Of a DNA stretch of 64,000 nucleotides, positions 9,242 through 18,633 are shown one piece after another. Position 1 is the first letter of the stretch; every line of letters starts with the position of its first letter. The notes under the pieces are model-generated. The model searched no databases, was not told the origin of the DNA, and saw nothing but the letters and a program-made list of their open reading frames with translations. This stretch comes from Deltaproteobacteria bacterium (GTDB taxonomy: Bacteria > Desulfobacterota > Syntrophia > Syntrophales > UBA2192): contig JAAYEC010000007.1 of NCBI GenBank assembly GCA_012728915.1, positions 6,505 to 70,504 on the forward strand, in the 5' to 3' direction. Made by a program: the position numbers and the translations under genes.

Positions 9242-11239
9242 ATGAGCCGGTTCAAGATAACCTCCATTACCGTTCTGCTGGCCCTCGCCGTGCCGCTCAC
9301 GCTCGACGCCGCCCGCGCGCCCGGCTGGAAGCACGAGGACATCTGGCTCAAGAACGAGACGGGGCAGCGCATCACCCCCACCCGGAACAACGCCGATGCC
9401 TACTCCCCCCACCGGACCTGCGGGACCTGCCACGGCTACATGACCATCACGTCGGGCACCCACTTCCAGCAGGGATTTGACGAGATGAGGGACGGCTACG
9501 ACCCGAAGCGCCCCTGGGTCCTGTCCCCCGGGATCTTCGGCAGGGGCGGAACCCCGGGTACCTTCACGGAGCGCGTGGCAGCCAAGAACAACTCGAGCGC
9601 CCGCGACATGGGTCTGTCCACCTACGACTGGATTGCCGCCGGCGGCAGCGACCAGCCCGTCTCCCTGGCTGCGGGGAACCTGCACCCGGGCGGCGGCCCC
9701 ATGGAGTACGGCCGGAAGGCGGACGGCAGGCGCGACCTTTCGAAGACGCTTATCCGGGGGGAGCGGGAGAAGGCCCGGCCGCTGGACGGCGACTACTCCT
9801 CCAGGCACACCCCCGACGGGAAGAGCCGGTTCCGGGAGAGCGGCGTCGTCGAGGGCGACTGCCTGATGTGCCACCTCAAGGGATACCGGCTCGATCGCCG
9901 CAACGGCCAGCTCGCGCTGCGCAATTACCGGTGGGCCGCCACAGCCGGTGCAGGGCTGGGAGAGATCAGGGGCGCCGTGTTCACCCCGGCCCGCTCCGGC
10001 GGGTCTTCGGAGGAAGGATCTCCCGCGAAGGGCGAGTGGAACGTTGCGCGCCGTCCCGCCGTCCAGTACGCCTGGGGTGACAGCAGGCTCTTCACCCCCC
10101 AGGGGAAGTTCAGGGGCAGCGCGCTCATCAGCAAATCCGTCGAAGCGGAGAATTGCACCCAGTGCCACCGGCAGATGGACGGCCAGAAGTCCGGAACCCT
10201 CTACCTGCCGGCGGGCGATTTGCACCTCAAGGCGGGGCTGCGCTGCACCGACTGCCACACCCTGGCGGGGCGGACACAGAACGAGCGGCTGCGGCATCAC
10301 ATCGGCAAGGGCTGGTCCCCCACCTCGACGGCACGCAGCGACCTCGACGGGGCCGGCATGAAGACCTGCGCGAATTGCCATCTCGAGGACCGGTACAGGC
10401 CGACACGGGCGGGGATGCCGAAGGAAGCCAAAAACCCCGACAACCTTCACCGCGCGCTCTTCCACAAGGCGACCTTCCACTTCTACCTGCTCCACTGTTC
10501 AGCCTGCCACGCGCCGGAACGGAAGAGCCGAAGCGTCTACCTCGTGGACTACAGCACGGGGCGGCCCGCCTGGTACGCCACGGACAAGGCCGCCCTCATC
10601 ACCCGCGCCGGGGACATGAAGCAGTTCACCCAGGAGCCCTGGAAGCCCTGGACGGACCGTCACGTGCGCATCCCGGGGGACGGCGAGCGGTACGCGGCGG
10701 CGGTGCCCAAGGTCACGCAGTGGTTCGGAGAGATGATCTCCGACGGGGCGGTGAGGCCCATCGGCCTGGAGCACGTGCGGAAGGCGGCCGCGGGCCAGAA
10801 GAAACTCACGACCGTCGAGGTCGCCACCCTGCACGGGGAGAAGAAAAAACAGGTTACGGTGGCCACGCCTGAGGACATCCTTGCCATGATCCGGTCCCTC
10901 ACCGGCATGGGGTTCCGGAACGTCGTCTTCGTGGCCGACCAGCTCTACGAGATCAGGAAGGACAAACTCGAGGGCCGCCCCGCGCCGGGTCTCACGCGCG
11001 CGGTCATGTTCCCGATCTACCACGGAAACATGCCCGTGGCGGCGAAGAAGACCCTGGGCCAGAAAGGGAAGCCCGACGGCTGTGCGGACTGCCACGCCGA
11101 CGACTCACCCTTCTTCACGAAGCTCAGGGTGCGCAGCGTCGGGAAATTCCTCAAGGACAGCTACCCCGTGCCGAAGGAGCCCATCGCGGAGCCGCAGATG
11201 GCGGACTGGGGTCTCATGGGGGTCCCGGCCAGCGAATAG
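9242..11239 (+). CDS. Large secreted multiheme cytochrome c (7 CxxCH)
   Basis: Signal peptide; CGTCH, CLMCH, CTQCH, CTDCH, CANCH, CSACH, CADCH. Confidence 0.88.
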   Translation: MSRFKITSITVLLALAVPLTLDAARAPGWKHEDIWLKNETGQRITPTRNNADAYSPHRTCGTCHGYMTITSGTHFQQGFDEMRDGYDPKRPWVLSPGIFGRGGTPGTFTERVAAKNNSSARDMGLSTYDWIAAGGSDQPVSLAAGNLHPGGGPMEYGRKADGRRDLSKTLIRGEREKARPLDGDYSSRHTPDGKSRFRESGVVEGDCLMCHLKGYRLDRRNGQLALRNYRWAATAGAGLGEIRGAVFTPARSGGSSEEGSPAKGEWNVARRPAVQYAWGDSRLFTPQGKFRGSALISKSVEAENCTQCHRQMDGQKSGTLYLPAGDLHLKAGLRCTDCHTLAGRTQNERLRHHIGKGWSPTSTARSDLDGAGMKTCANCHLEDRYRPTRAGMPKEAKNPDNLHRALFHKATFHFYLLHCSACHAPERKSRSVYLVDYSTGRPAWYATDKAALITRAGDMKQFTQEPWKPWTDRHVRIPGDGERYAAAVPKVTQWFGEMISDGAVRPIGLEHVRKAAAGQKKLTTVEVATLHGEKKKQVTVATPEDILAMIRSLTGMGFRNVVFVADQLYEIRKDKLEGRPAPGLTRAVMFPIYHGNMPVAAKKTLGQKGKPDGCADCHADDSPFFTKLRVRSVGKFLKDSYPVPKEPIAEPQMADWGLMGVPASE

Positions 11240-11244
11240 GATTC

Positions 11245-11275
11245 GGGTATTGGGTATCGGGGACAGGATATAGGG
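11245..11275 (+). repeat. GGGTNNN heptamer repeat
   Basis: G-runs at 11245, 11252, 11259, 11266 and 11273 (period 7) just after a stop codon. Confidence 0.65.
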
Positions 11276-11290
11276 TAAGGAAAGCAAGAA

Positions 11291-12046
11291 ATGTCGTTCA
11301 TGTCGCGAAACACCTTAACCCGATTGGTTATGCCAGCGGCATTGATGTTCACCCTCACGCTGGCGGCCTGCGGGAAGCCCGCGGAGGCCCCGCTGCCGTG
11401 GAAGGTGATCGACGCCCCGACGCTCCGCGCCATGATGGCCTCCGACAAGGACCTCCTCGTGTTCAACACGATGAGCGAGATCGAGTGCCTCGATCACCGC
11501 ATCCCGGGCACGAAGTGCCTGGCCTGCGAGGAGATCGAAAAGAATGTGACGTTGCTGCCGGCGGACAAGAACCGGGACCTGGTCTTCTACTGCGAGAGCG
11601 CACAGTGCTACCGGAGCTGCCGGGGCGCGGGTGCGGCCGTCAAGGCGGGCTACACGCAGGTCCACGTCCTCGACAGGGGAATGCCCGCCTGGAAGCAGGC
11701 AGGGTACTCCATGGAGACGGTGGAGCGTATTCCGAGGGGATCCATCCCGTCGGTCCGCGCCGCGGACCTGAGCCGGATGATTGCGGAACGGAAGGACCTG
11801 CTCCTCGTCGATCTCCGGTCGGAGTCCTCCTACAGGGAAGGGCACGTCGAGGGCGCGGTGAATTTCCCGCTCTACCGGCTGAGCCGCAACTATGCGGAGA
11901 TCCCGATGGACCGTACGCTGGTTCTCCTGGACGACCGCGGGTTCCGGACCTTCCTGGCGGGCAGTTACCTGGAGATGAAGGGCTACAAGGTCATGAGGCT
12001 CTTCGGCGGCATGCAGGCATGGCAGGAGATGGCGGCGGGGAAGTGA
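11291..12046 (+). CDS. Rhodanese-domain lipoprotein (two domains)
   Basis: Lipobox LAAC; domain 1 has YCESAQCYRS; domain 2 has Asp (LLDDRG) at the catalytic Cys position. Confidence 0.85.
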   Translation: MSFMSRNTLTRLVMPAALMFTLTLAACGKPAEAPLPWKVIDAPTLRAMMASDKDLLVFNTMSEIECLDHRIPGTKCLACEEIEKNVTLLPADKNRDLVFYCESAQCYRSCRGAGAAVKAGYTQVHVLDRGMPAWKQAGYSMETVERIPRGSIPSVRAADLSRMIAERKDLLLVDLRSESSYREGHVEGAVNFPLYRLSRNYAEIPMDRTLVLLDDRGFRTFLAGSYLEMKGYKVMRLFGGMQAWQEMAAGK

Positions 12047-12071
12047 CGGGCACGACACCCGGACGAAACGG

Positions 12072-13946
12072 ATGGAATCGATGAAGCTCACGGCGAGAAA
12101 GCGGCGATGCGGGCTCCCGGCAGGATGGCTTCTGGCGGCGGCCATCGCCCTCGTCTGCCTGCCCTCTGCCGCCCCGGCGGCGCAGGACTGCCAGTTCTGC
12201 CATGACGAACCCCTCTACCGGGTCGACTTCAGCCGCTCGATCCACGCCGGCAACGGCTGCACGAGCTGCCACACGGGGATCACGGACATCGAGAAGCACC
12301 GCGACGGCAGGGAAAAGCCGGCCCCCGTCAACTGCGGCATCTGCCACCAGGAGATTGCAAAGGAGTACCTGGACAACTTCCACTACATCCAGGAAGACTT
12401 CCGCTGCAGCGACTGCCACCGCGACATCCACGCAATCAAGCCGGTGGACAGGAAGAAAATCAAAATCGCCACCATCGAGAAGTGCACCGAGTGCCACGGC
12501 AACGCGGACTACACGGCTTCCGGACACGGCGAGGCCGTCCTGAGGGGCAATCAGGACGCGGCCGCCTGCTCCGACTGCCACGGGCTCCACAACACCCGCG
12601 TCTTCCACACCTCGCTCGAACAGTACCCTGCCGAGGCTCGCGAGTTCTACACGCAGAAGTGTAAGCACTGCCACGCCGACAGCGTCATGATGGCGCGCAA
12701 CAATCTTTCCGACAAAATGGTGGCCTACTACGAGGGCACCTATCACGGGAAGGTCCAGGAGCTGGGATACCCGGCGCCCGTGGCAGGCTGCGGAGACTGC
12801 CACACCAGGCACAACATCCTCCCGAAGGAGGACCCCCGCTCGAGCATCAACCCGGCCAACCTCGAGGCCAATTGCGGAAGATGCCACTCCGGGTTCCACC
12901 CCCGATTCCTCAGCTACCAGGCGCACCCCGACTACACGGACCGGCAGAAGTACCCCGCCCTGTATGTCACGTTCCTCTTCATGGGGGGGCTCCTCGTCGG
13001 GACGCTTGCCTTCTTCTGGTTCCACACCGTCCTCTGGTGGCGCAAGGTGTACTGGGAAAACGACCGCATGGAGCGCGAGGGGATCCTTCCCCCCTCCGTC
13101 GCGGCCACCGGCGAGGGCCTCCAGCAGGTGGAGCGATTCTCCGTCAAGTACCGGATCATGCACGTTCTCCTGGTGCTGTCGTTCTTTACGCTCGTGCTGA
13201 CCGGCTTCCCCCTGAAGTACGCCGGCGCGGCGTGGGCCGGGACGATCACGCAGCTTTGGGGAGGCGCGCACATGGCGGGCCTCTTCCACCGCGGCGCGGC
13301 CTTCGTGCTCATCGTCGGGATGGCCTACGTCACCTGGGAGTCGCTGAAGTTTCTCTTCCCCCGCGGAAAAGGCAGGACGGGATGGCTCGGCCGCCTGCTC
13401 GGACCCGATTCCCTCTTCCCGAACCTGAAGGATCTCCAGGACCTCAAGGGGATGTTCCTCTGGTTCTTCAACCGGGGTGAGGCGCCGAAATTCGACCGCT
13501 GGACCTACTGGGAGAAGTTCGACTTCCTCGCCGTCTTCTGGGGCATGTTCGCCATCGGCGGCTCGGGCATCCTGCTCTGGAAGCCCGAGTGGTCCTCCTG
13601 GCTCGTTCCCGGATGGGTCATGAACATCGCCGCCCTGGTGCACTCCGAAGAGGCGCTGCTGGCGGCCCTGTTCATCTTCACGATCCATTTCTTCAACACC
13701 CACTTCATCCCGAACAAGTTCCCCATGGACCGCCTCATCTTCACGGGGACCTACCGGATCGAAGAGCTCAAGGAGCAGCGGCCCCTCGAGTACGAACGCC
13801 TGGTGGCGGAGGGTCGCCTCGAGTCCATGAAACGCGGGCACCCGGGCATTCCGCTGAAGCTCATCTCGGCCACCTTCGGGCTGGGGAGCCTGCTGCTGGG
13901 GCTGATGCTGACCGTGCTGATCCTGTGGTCGCTTCTGTTCGCGTAG
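12072..13946 (+). CDS. CbcL-like fusion of a 9-heme cytochrome c and a membrane cytochrome b (quinol oxidoreductase)
   Basis: 9 CxxCH, then an FdnI/HydC-like membrane domain (RIMH, LFH, FDRWTYWEKFDF, LVHSEEA, TIHFFN). Confidence 0.88.
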   Translation: MESMKLTARKRRCGLPAGWLLAAAIALVCLPSAAPAAQDCQFCHDEPLYRVDFSRSIHAGNGCTSCHTGITDIEKHRDGREKPAPVNCGICHQEIAKEYLDNFHYIQEDFRCSDCHRDIHAIKPVDRKKIKIATIEKCTECHGNADYTASGHGEAVLRGNQDAAACSDCHGLHNTRVFHTSLEQYPAEAREFYTQKCKHCHADSVMMARNNLSDKMVAYYEGTYHGKVQELGYPAPVAGCGDCHTRHNILPKEDPRSSINPANLEANCGRCHSGFHPRFLSYQAHPDYTDRQKYPALYVTFLFMGGLLVGTLAFFWFHTVLWWRKVYWENDRMEREGILPPSVAATGEGLQQVERFSVKYRIMHVLLVLSFFTLVLTGFPLKYAGAAWAGTITQLWGGAHMAGLFHRGAAFVLIVGMAYVTWESLKFLFPRGKGRTGWLGRLLGPDSLFPNLKDLQDLKGMFLWFFNRGEAPKFDRWTYWEKFDFLAVFWGMFAIGGSGILLWKPEWSSWLVPGWVMNIAALVHSEEALLAALFIFTIHFFNTHFIPNKFPMDRLIFTGTYRIEELKEQRPLEYERLVAEGRLESMKRGHPGIPLKLISATFGLGSLLLGLMLTVLILWSLLFA

Positions 13947-13967
13947 CCCCCGGAGAAGAAACCACCG

Positions 13968-13996
13968 GGCAGAGTCCGCCGGGCTCTGCCTTTTTT
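13968..13996 (+). terminator. Rho-independent terminator closing the cytochrome operon
   Basis: GGCAGAGTCC-gcc-GGGCTCTGCC followed by TTTTTT. Confidence 0.85.
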
Positions 13997-14010
13997 GTGC
14001 CGTTCATGTT

Positions 14011-14511
14011 ATGAATACACACGGAACAGACCACCCCATGGGCCTCATCCGCGACATCTTCGGCATCGGCAGGGACGGCGGCAGCCTCCTGCGGGACCTG
14101 GCCGCCATCCGAAAGAAAACCCGCGGGGACCGCAACCGACTGCTCTCGGAGATCGAGTTCAACGCCGCCCTCGTCCTGGATCACTGCCTGCATAAGGGCG
14201 CCGACGAAAAGAAGGTCATCGAGAAGCTGAGAATCGAATGCCTCGCCCGGCTGATCGACGAGGGCTTCGATTTTTCAGCGATACGGAAAGGGGTCGTCGA
14301 GGAGACCATGGTGAAGGACATACCCGTGCTGCGGCGCTATGCGGGACTGGACCTGGAACGGCTTCTCAAGCGCATCCGGTTCCACATCGAGCAGCTGAAA
14401 CTGCTGCCCGACCTCTACGATATCCGAACAACGGACCGGGTGAACGCCCGCCTGCGCCTCGAAAACCTGGGCAGGCGATATGTCCTGCTCATCCGATTCC
14501 TGAAAGCCTGA
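14011..14511 (+). CDS. Hypothetical protein
   Basis: ORF with genome-typical codon usage; no recognised motif. Confidence 0.6.
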   Translation: MNTHGTDHPMGLIRDIFGIGRDGGSLLRDLAAIRKKTRGDRNRLLSEIEFNAALVLDHCLHKGADEKKVIEKLRIECLARLIDEGFDFSAIRKGVVEETMVKDIPVLRRYAGLDLERLLKRIRFHIEQLKLLPDLYDIRTTDRVNARLRLENLGRRYVLLIRFLKA

Positions 14512-14524
14512 TCCGGGAGGACCC

Positions 14525-16072
14525 ATGAACGGTGCCGAAGCTCTTCTGAAGACCATTGAGGCGGCCGGCATCGACGCCTGCTTCGCCAACGGCGGGACGA
14601 CGGAGATGCCCCTGATCCTGGCCTTCGATTCAGTCACCGGGATCAGGCCTATTTTGGGACTCTTCGAGGGCGTCTGCTCGGGGGCGGCCGACGGCTACGG
14701 GCGCATGAAGGAAAAGCCGGCCCTGTGCCTCCTGCACCTGGGGCCGGGGCTGGCCAACGGGGTTGCGAACCTGCACAACGCCAGGCGGGCCCGCACGCCC
14801 CTGCTCAACGTCATCGGCGAGCACGCCTCGTGGCACGTGGAGGCCGATGCCCCCCTGGCCATGGATATCGACTGTCTGTGCAAGACGTTTTCGGGATGGC
14901 AGCGGACCGTCCGCTCCGTCGAGACCATCGCGCGCGACGCGGCCGAGGCCATCGAGGCGTCCCTGCGAGGCCAGATCGCAAGCCTGATCGTCCCCTGCGA
15001 CCTGCAGTGGAAAGAGTACCGGGGCGACATCCCTGCCGTAAAAAACCCCGCTTTCGAACCCCCCGACAGGCGCGCAATCGTCTCCGCCGCAATACTGCTG
15101 AGATCGACGGGAAGGACGGCAATCGTCATGAACGGACGCGCCCTGCGCCGACGCGGCCTCGAGGCCGCCGGCCGCATCCGGGCCGCCGCCGGCTGCGACC
15201 TGTTCTGCATCAACTTCCCCGCCTACGTCGACCGGGGCGCGGGGACCGTGCCGGTTTCCCGCATACCCTATTTCCCGGAGCCCGCCGCGGCCGTGCTCGC
15301 TCCTTACCGGGCGGTGGTGCTTGCGGGAACGGACCAGCCCGTCAACTTCTTCGGCTACGAGGGCCAGTCGAGCAACCCCATTGCCTCGGAAGTCCCCAAG
15401 CTGCGCATCGACGGCGATGCGCAGGATGCCGCCGAAGCGCTCGAGGCGCTTGCCGACGAGCTGGGCGCGCCCGGCATGGACACCCTGGGTGCGATCGTGG
15501 CGGGGTTCAGCATCCCCGAGGTCCCGACGGGTCGGCTGACCCCGGAAAAGGCCTGCCTCACGCTCGCGGCGCTGCAGCCCGAGGGCGCGATCATCGTGGA
15601 CGAGGGCCTGACGGCGGGCATGCCCTACTTCCCCCTGGGCGCGACCCTAGCCCCCCACAGCTACTTCATGCTGACCGGCGGTGCCATCGGGCAGGGCATG
15701 CCTTCGGCCACGGGGGCCTCCGTTGCCTGTCCCGACAGGCCCGTCATCAACCTGCAGGCAGACGGCAGCGCGATGTACACCGTCCAGTCTCTCTGGACGC
15801 AGGCCCAGGCCGGGATGAACGTGACGACGCTCATCTGCTCGAACCGCAGCTACAACATCATCAACGTGGAACTGCAGCGCACGGGCATCGCGGACGCCAG
15901 CCCGCGGGTGCGCGCCTTCACGAACCTGGGCACCCCCCCCATCGACTGGCCGAGCCTGAGCCGGGGCCTGGGCGTGCCCGGTGTCGCCGTCGAGACGTGC
16001 GAGGATCTGGCCCGCGAGCTGAAGAAGGCGCTCCGGGAACCGGGCCCGCACCTCATCGAGATGGTCCTGTAA
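14525..16072 (+). CDS. Thiamine-diphosphate enzyme, acetolactate synthase large subunit-like
   Basis: LGLFEGVCSGAADGY, LLHLGPGLANG and TPP motif ADGSAMY...NRSY. Confidence 0.9.
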   Translation: MNGAEALLKTIEAAGIDACFANGGTTEMPLILAFDSVTGIRPILGLFEGVCSGAADGYGRMKEKPALCLLHLGPGLANGVANLHNARRARTPLLNVIGEHASWHVEADAPLAMDIDCLCKTFSGWQRTVRSVETIARDAAEAIEASLRGQIASLIVPCDLQWKEYRGDIPAVKNPAFEPPDRRAIVSAAILLRSTGRTAIVMNGRALRRRGLEAAGRIRAAAGCDLFCINFPAYVDRGAGTVPVSRIPYFPEPAAAVLAPYRAVVLAGTDQPVNFFGYEGQSSNPIASEVPKLRIDGDAQDAAEALEALADELGAPGMDTLGAIVAGFSIPEVPTGRLTPEKACLTLAALQPEGAIIVDEGLTAGMPYFPLGATLAPHSYFMLTGGAIGQGMPSATGASVACPDRPVINLQADGSAMYTVQSLWTQAQAGMNVTTLICSNRSYNIINVELQRTGIADASPRVRAFTNLGTPPIDWPSLSRGLGVPGVAVETCEDLARELKKALREPGPHLIEMVL

Positions 16073-16094
16073 ATACCGGCCGCAAGAGATCGAA

Positions 16095-16128
16095 GAAAGG
16101 GATCGGGATGATATTCCCGATCCCTTTC
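16095..16128. terminator. Probable bidirectional terminator between convergent genes
   Basis: 14-bp inverted repeat GAAAGGGATCGGGA / TCCCGATCCCTTTC. Confidence 0.75.
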
Positions 16129-16159
16129 CATGTTGTCCGTCTTTTCCGCTTGCAGTCGA

Positions 16160-17527
16160 TCACCAGCCGAGAACGCCGAAGAACAGCACGCAGGCAAGCG
16201 CGCCGACGACGGCCATGGAAAGCCCCCAGATCAGCAGTTTGCTGAACAGCTTTGCCTTGTCCTCGTGTTCGCCGGCGCAGGCGATGCAGAGCGCCCCCAG
16301 CGTGGAGAGCGGCGAGGTGTCGACGAGGTGGGAGCCGATGTTGATGGACGAGATCATGGCGATCACGTCCGCGCTGGGCACCTCCTTGGCGAGGCCGGGC
16401 ACCAGGGGAAGGAACATGGGCATCACGACGCCGGAGGAACTCGAGTAGGCCGAGATGATGCCGGTCAGCAGGCCTAGCCAGAAGTTGACCGTCACGGGCC
16501 CGGAGATGACGCCGATCATCTTCACCATCGCATTGAGGCCGCCCGAGCGGTCCATGACCTCGACGAGAACCGTCACCCCGCAGACCATCATGATGACGCC
16601 CCAGGGCATGGCCTTGACCCCGGCCTTGCTGTCGGCGGCATTGAGCAGCATGAGAATGCCGGCCAGGATGAAGGCGACGGAGCCGACGTTTGCGATCAGG
16701 GGCAGAATGACCTTGGGGATGAGATCCTTCACGCCGGGAAGGGCCGGGGCGATGACGAAAATGATCAGGAGAAGGATGGCGACGAGGGTGTACCACTGCT
16801 TCGACGTGAAGGGTTCCGGCCTCGGGGCCAGCTCGTCGATATTGATCGCCTGGCCGTGCTGCCTGGCCATCCAGGCCCAGCCGCCCATCAGCAGGAAGCC
16901 GCCGATATTGACGAACCCCTGGCAGTACATGGAGTTGAAGTGGATCTTCCAGGCCAAACCGTCGAGGGTCCAGCTCTCCTGGATGGCCGGGAGCTGGGGC
17001 GCAATCTTGGCGATGATGCCGTTGGAGATGATGCCCGTGGGGGCAAAGGGCGAAAAGGCCGCGCCGTTGGCCGCCCCGACGACCAGGAGCGTCATCAGGA
17101 AGGCCGGCATACCGACACGGGTCGCGATCGCCATGGCGACGGGGGCCATGAGGGCCGTCGCGGCGATATTTCCCGGTCCGATCGTGGTAAGGATGGATAC
17201 GAGAACGTAAATAATGAGAGGGAGCAACGCCGTCTTGCCGCCGCAGGCGCGGATCGCATAGGACGATACTTTTTCCATGGTCCCGTTGGTGGAGGCCAGG
17301 GAAAAGAGAAACGTCACGCCCACGAGAATCATAAAGAGGCCGATGGGAAATGAGTTCATGACCTTGGCGCCGTTCATGCCCACCCAGATGCCGCCCACGA
17401 TGATGCCGAAGGCAATGCTCAGGAACCCGACGTTGAGATCTTCGTTAACACAGCTGATAATCACGACGATGGCCAGGGCCAGCATCGACATCCATGCCGC
17501 CAATGATATTTCCGCTAATACTTCCAT
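16160..17527 (-). CDS. SLC13/MatC-like dicarboxylate permease
   Basis: Polytopic; SPFAPTG, SSSSGVV and SPLSTLGA motifs. Confidence 0.85.
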   Translation of the reverse strand: MEVLAEISLAAWMSMLALAIVVIISCVNEDLNVGFLSIAFGIIVGGIWVGMNGAKVMNSFPIGLFMILVGVTFLFSLASTNGTMEKVSSYAIRACGGKTALLPLIIYVLVSILTTIGPGNIAATALMAPVAMAIATRVGMPAFLMTLLVVGAANGAAFSPFAPTGIISNGIIAKIAPQLPAIQESWTLDGLAWKIHFNSMYCQGFVNIGGFLLMGGWAWMARQHGQAINIDELAPRPEPFTSKQWYTLVAILLLIIFVIAPALPGVKDLIPKVILPLIANVGSVAFILAGILMLLNAADSKAGVKAMPWGVIMMVCGVTVLVEVMDRSGGLNAMVKMIGVISGPVTVNFWLGLLTGIISAYSSSSGVVMPMFLPLVPGLAKEVPSADVIAMISSINIGSHLVDTSPLSTLGALCIACAGEHEDKAKLFSKLLIWGLSMAVVGALACVLFFGVLGW

Positions 17528-17588
17528 GGCGATACCTCTTCCGTTTCTGAATCATGATTGCAGGTTAAATCCGGCTGCATACCGCTTC

Positions 17589-18047
17589 CTATGGCAGGTA
17601 GGCCCCGCAGGCGATGATCAAGTCTCCCACTTTCTGGAAGTAGGTGATCTTGGCCTCCTCCTGCCGGGTCATCGGGTTGTCGTAGACATAATCCACCCAT
17701 CCAGAACCCCGGCTGTTGGCCAGGTCCACAATGTCTTTCCGGAAAAGCTTCCCTTTGCTGTCCGGTTCATTGTAGAGATTCCGGCCGATCAGCTTGGCGT
17801 TCGGATGCGCCATCATGACTCCTTTCAGGTCGTAGGCAAACACGTAGAGATCACGCCACTGAAACTTGCCGTTCGGTTTCTTGAATTCCTGCAGCGCCCT
17901 CTCCTCGCCATTGGCCTTGATGTAGGCCTCGGCCAGCTCGACCATTTTCTTCGCTTCGAGGGGTGTGCCGATTCCGTATCCCTGGGCGGAAGCGGACCCC
18001 GCTGCGAAGAGAAGCAATAACATGGACAGGAAAATCTTCTTGAACAT
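17589..18047 (-). CDS. Stand-alone secreted single Cache domain protein
   Basis: Signal peptide; DLYVFAYD..G...AH, GSGWVDY and K.TY motifs. Confidence 0.88.
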   Translation of the reverse strand: MFKKIFLSMLLLLFAAGSASAQGYGIGTPLEAKKMVELAEAYIKANGEERALQEFKKPNGKFQWRDLYVFAYDLKGVMMAHPNAKLIGRNLYNEPDSKGKLFRKDIVDLANSRGSGWVDYVYDNPMTRQEEAKITYFQKVGDLIIACGAYLP

Positions 18048-18633
18048 GGCCCTCGTTCCTCCTTCTTGCGAGGTTCTGATCGAGTATTCGAGCCAACCCG
18101 CGCCCGCAGCAAGACGGTGCCTGCGAAGACGGGACTCACCGCCGTTTTCTCCCTTGTTTGATGCGGATCACGCAGATCGGTTCAGGTCGAGGTCGCGGAA
18201 AACATTACCGGTTCAAGTGCAAAATGGGTGTGGGAGTCGATCGGCTGTCCTGATAGCATTCCATGGTCCGAAGATCAATCAGGGGATTGCTGATTCGCGT
18301 GTAGGATTTGCCTCGGGAGGCCTGTACGATTTTGTCCGACAGTGACGCAGGGGGATCGGCGGTGTCACCACGATCGGATAGATCAGGTATGCGGCAATCC
18401 GCTCACTTCCGCGAAAGCGGTCACCCGCCACCAATTGATACTCCGAATCTCCCTAAAGATGCAGACGGACGCTGTCACGCGGAACCGCCTGTTGACGACC
18501 CGCTGCGGGTTTCCCGGCGCGGGAATCCGTCGTCAAGGGAATCTTCCCCCTCGGGGGCGACCTTTTCCTTGTCTGAGCGCCTGATCTTCCCCTATAATGG
18601 CAAACGCAGGTTGCGGGAAAAGGGGGAAGAGCA

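Noticed and set aside
18050..18630. Long intergenic region with short hairpins and small ORFs
   Set aside because: No recognisable RNA family or credible CDS; consistent with divergent promoters.
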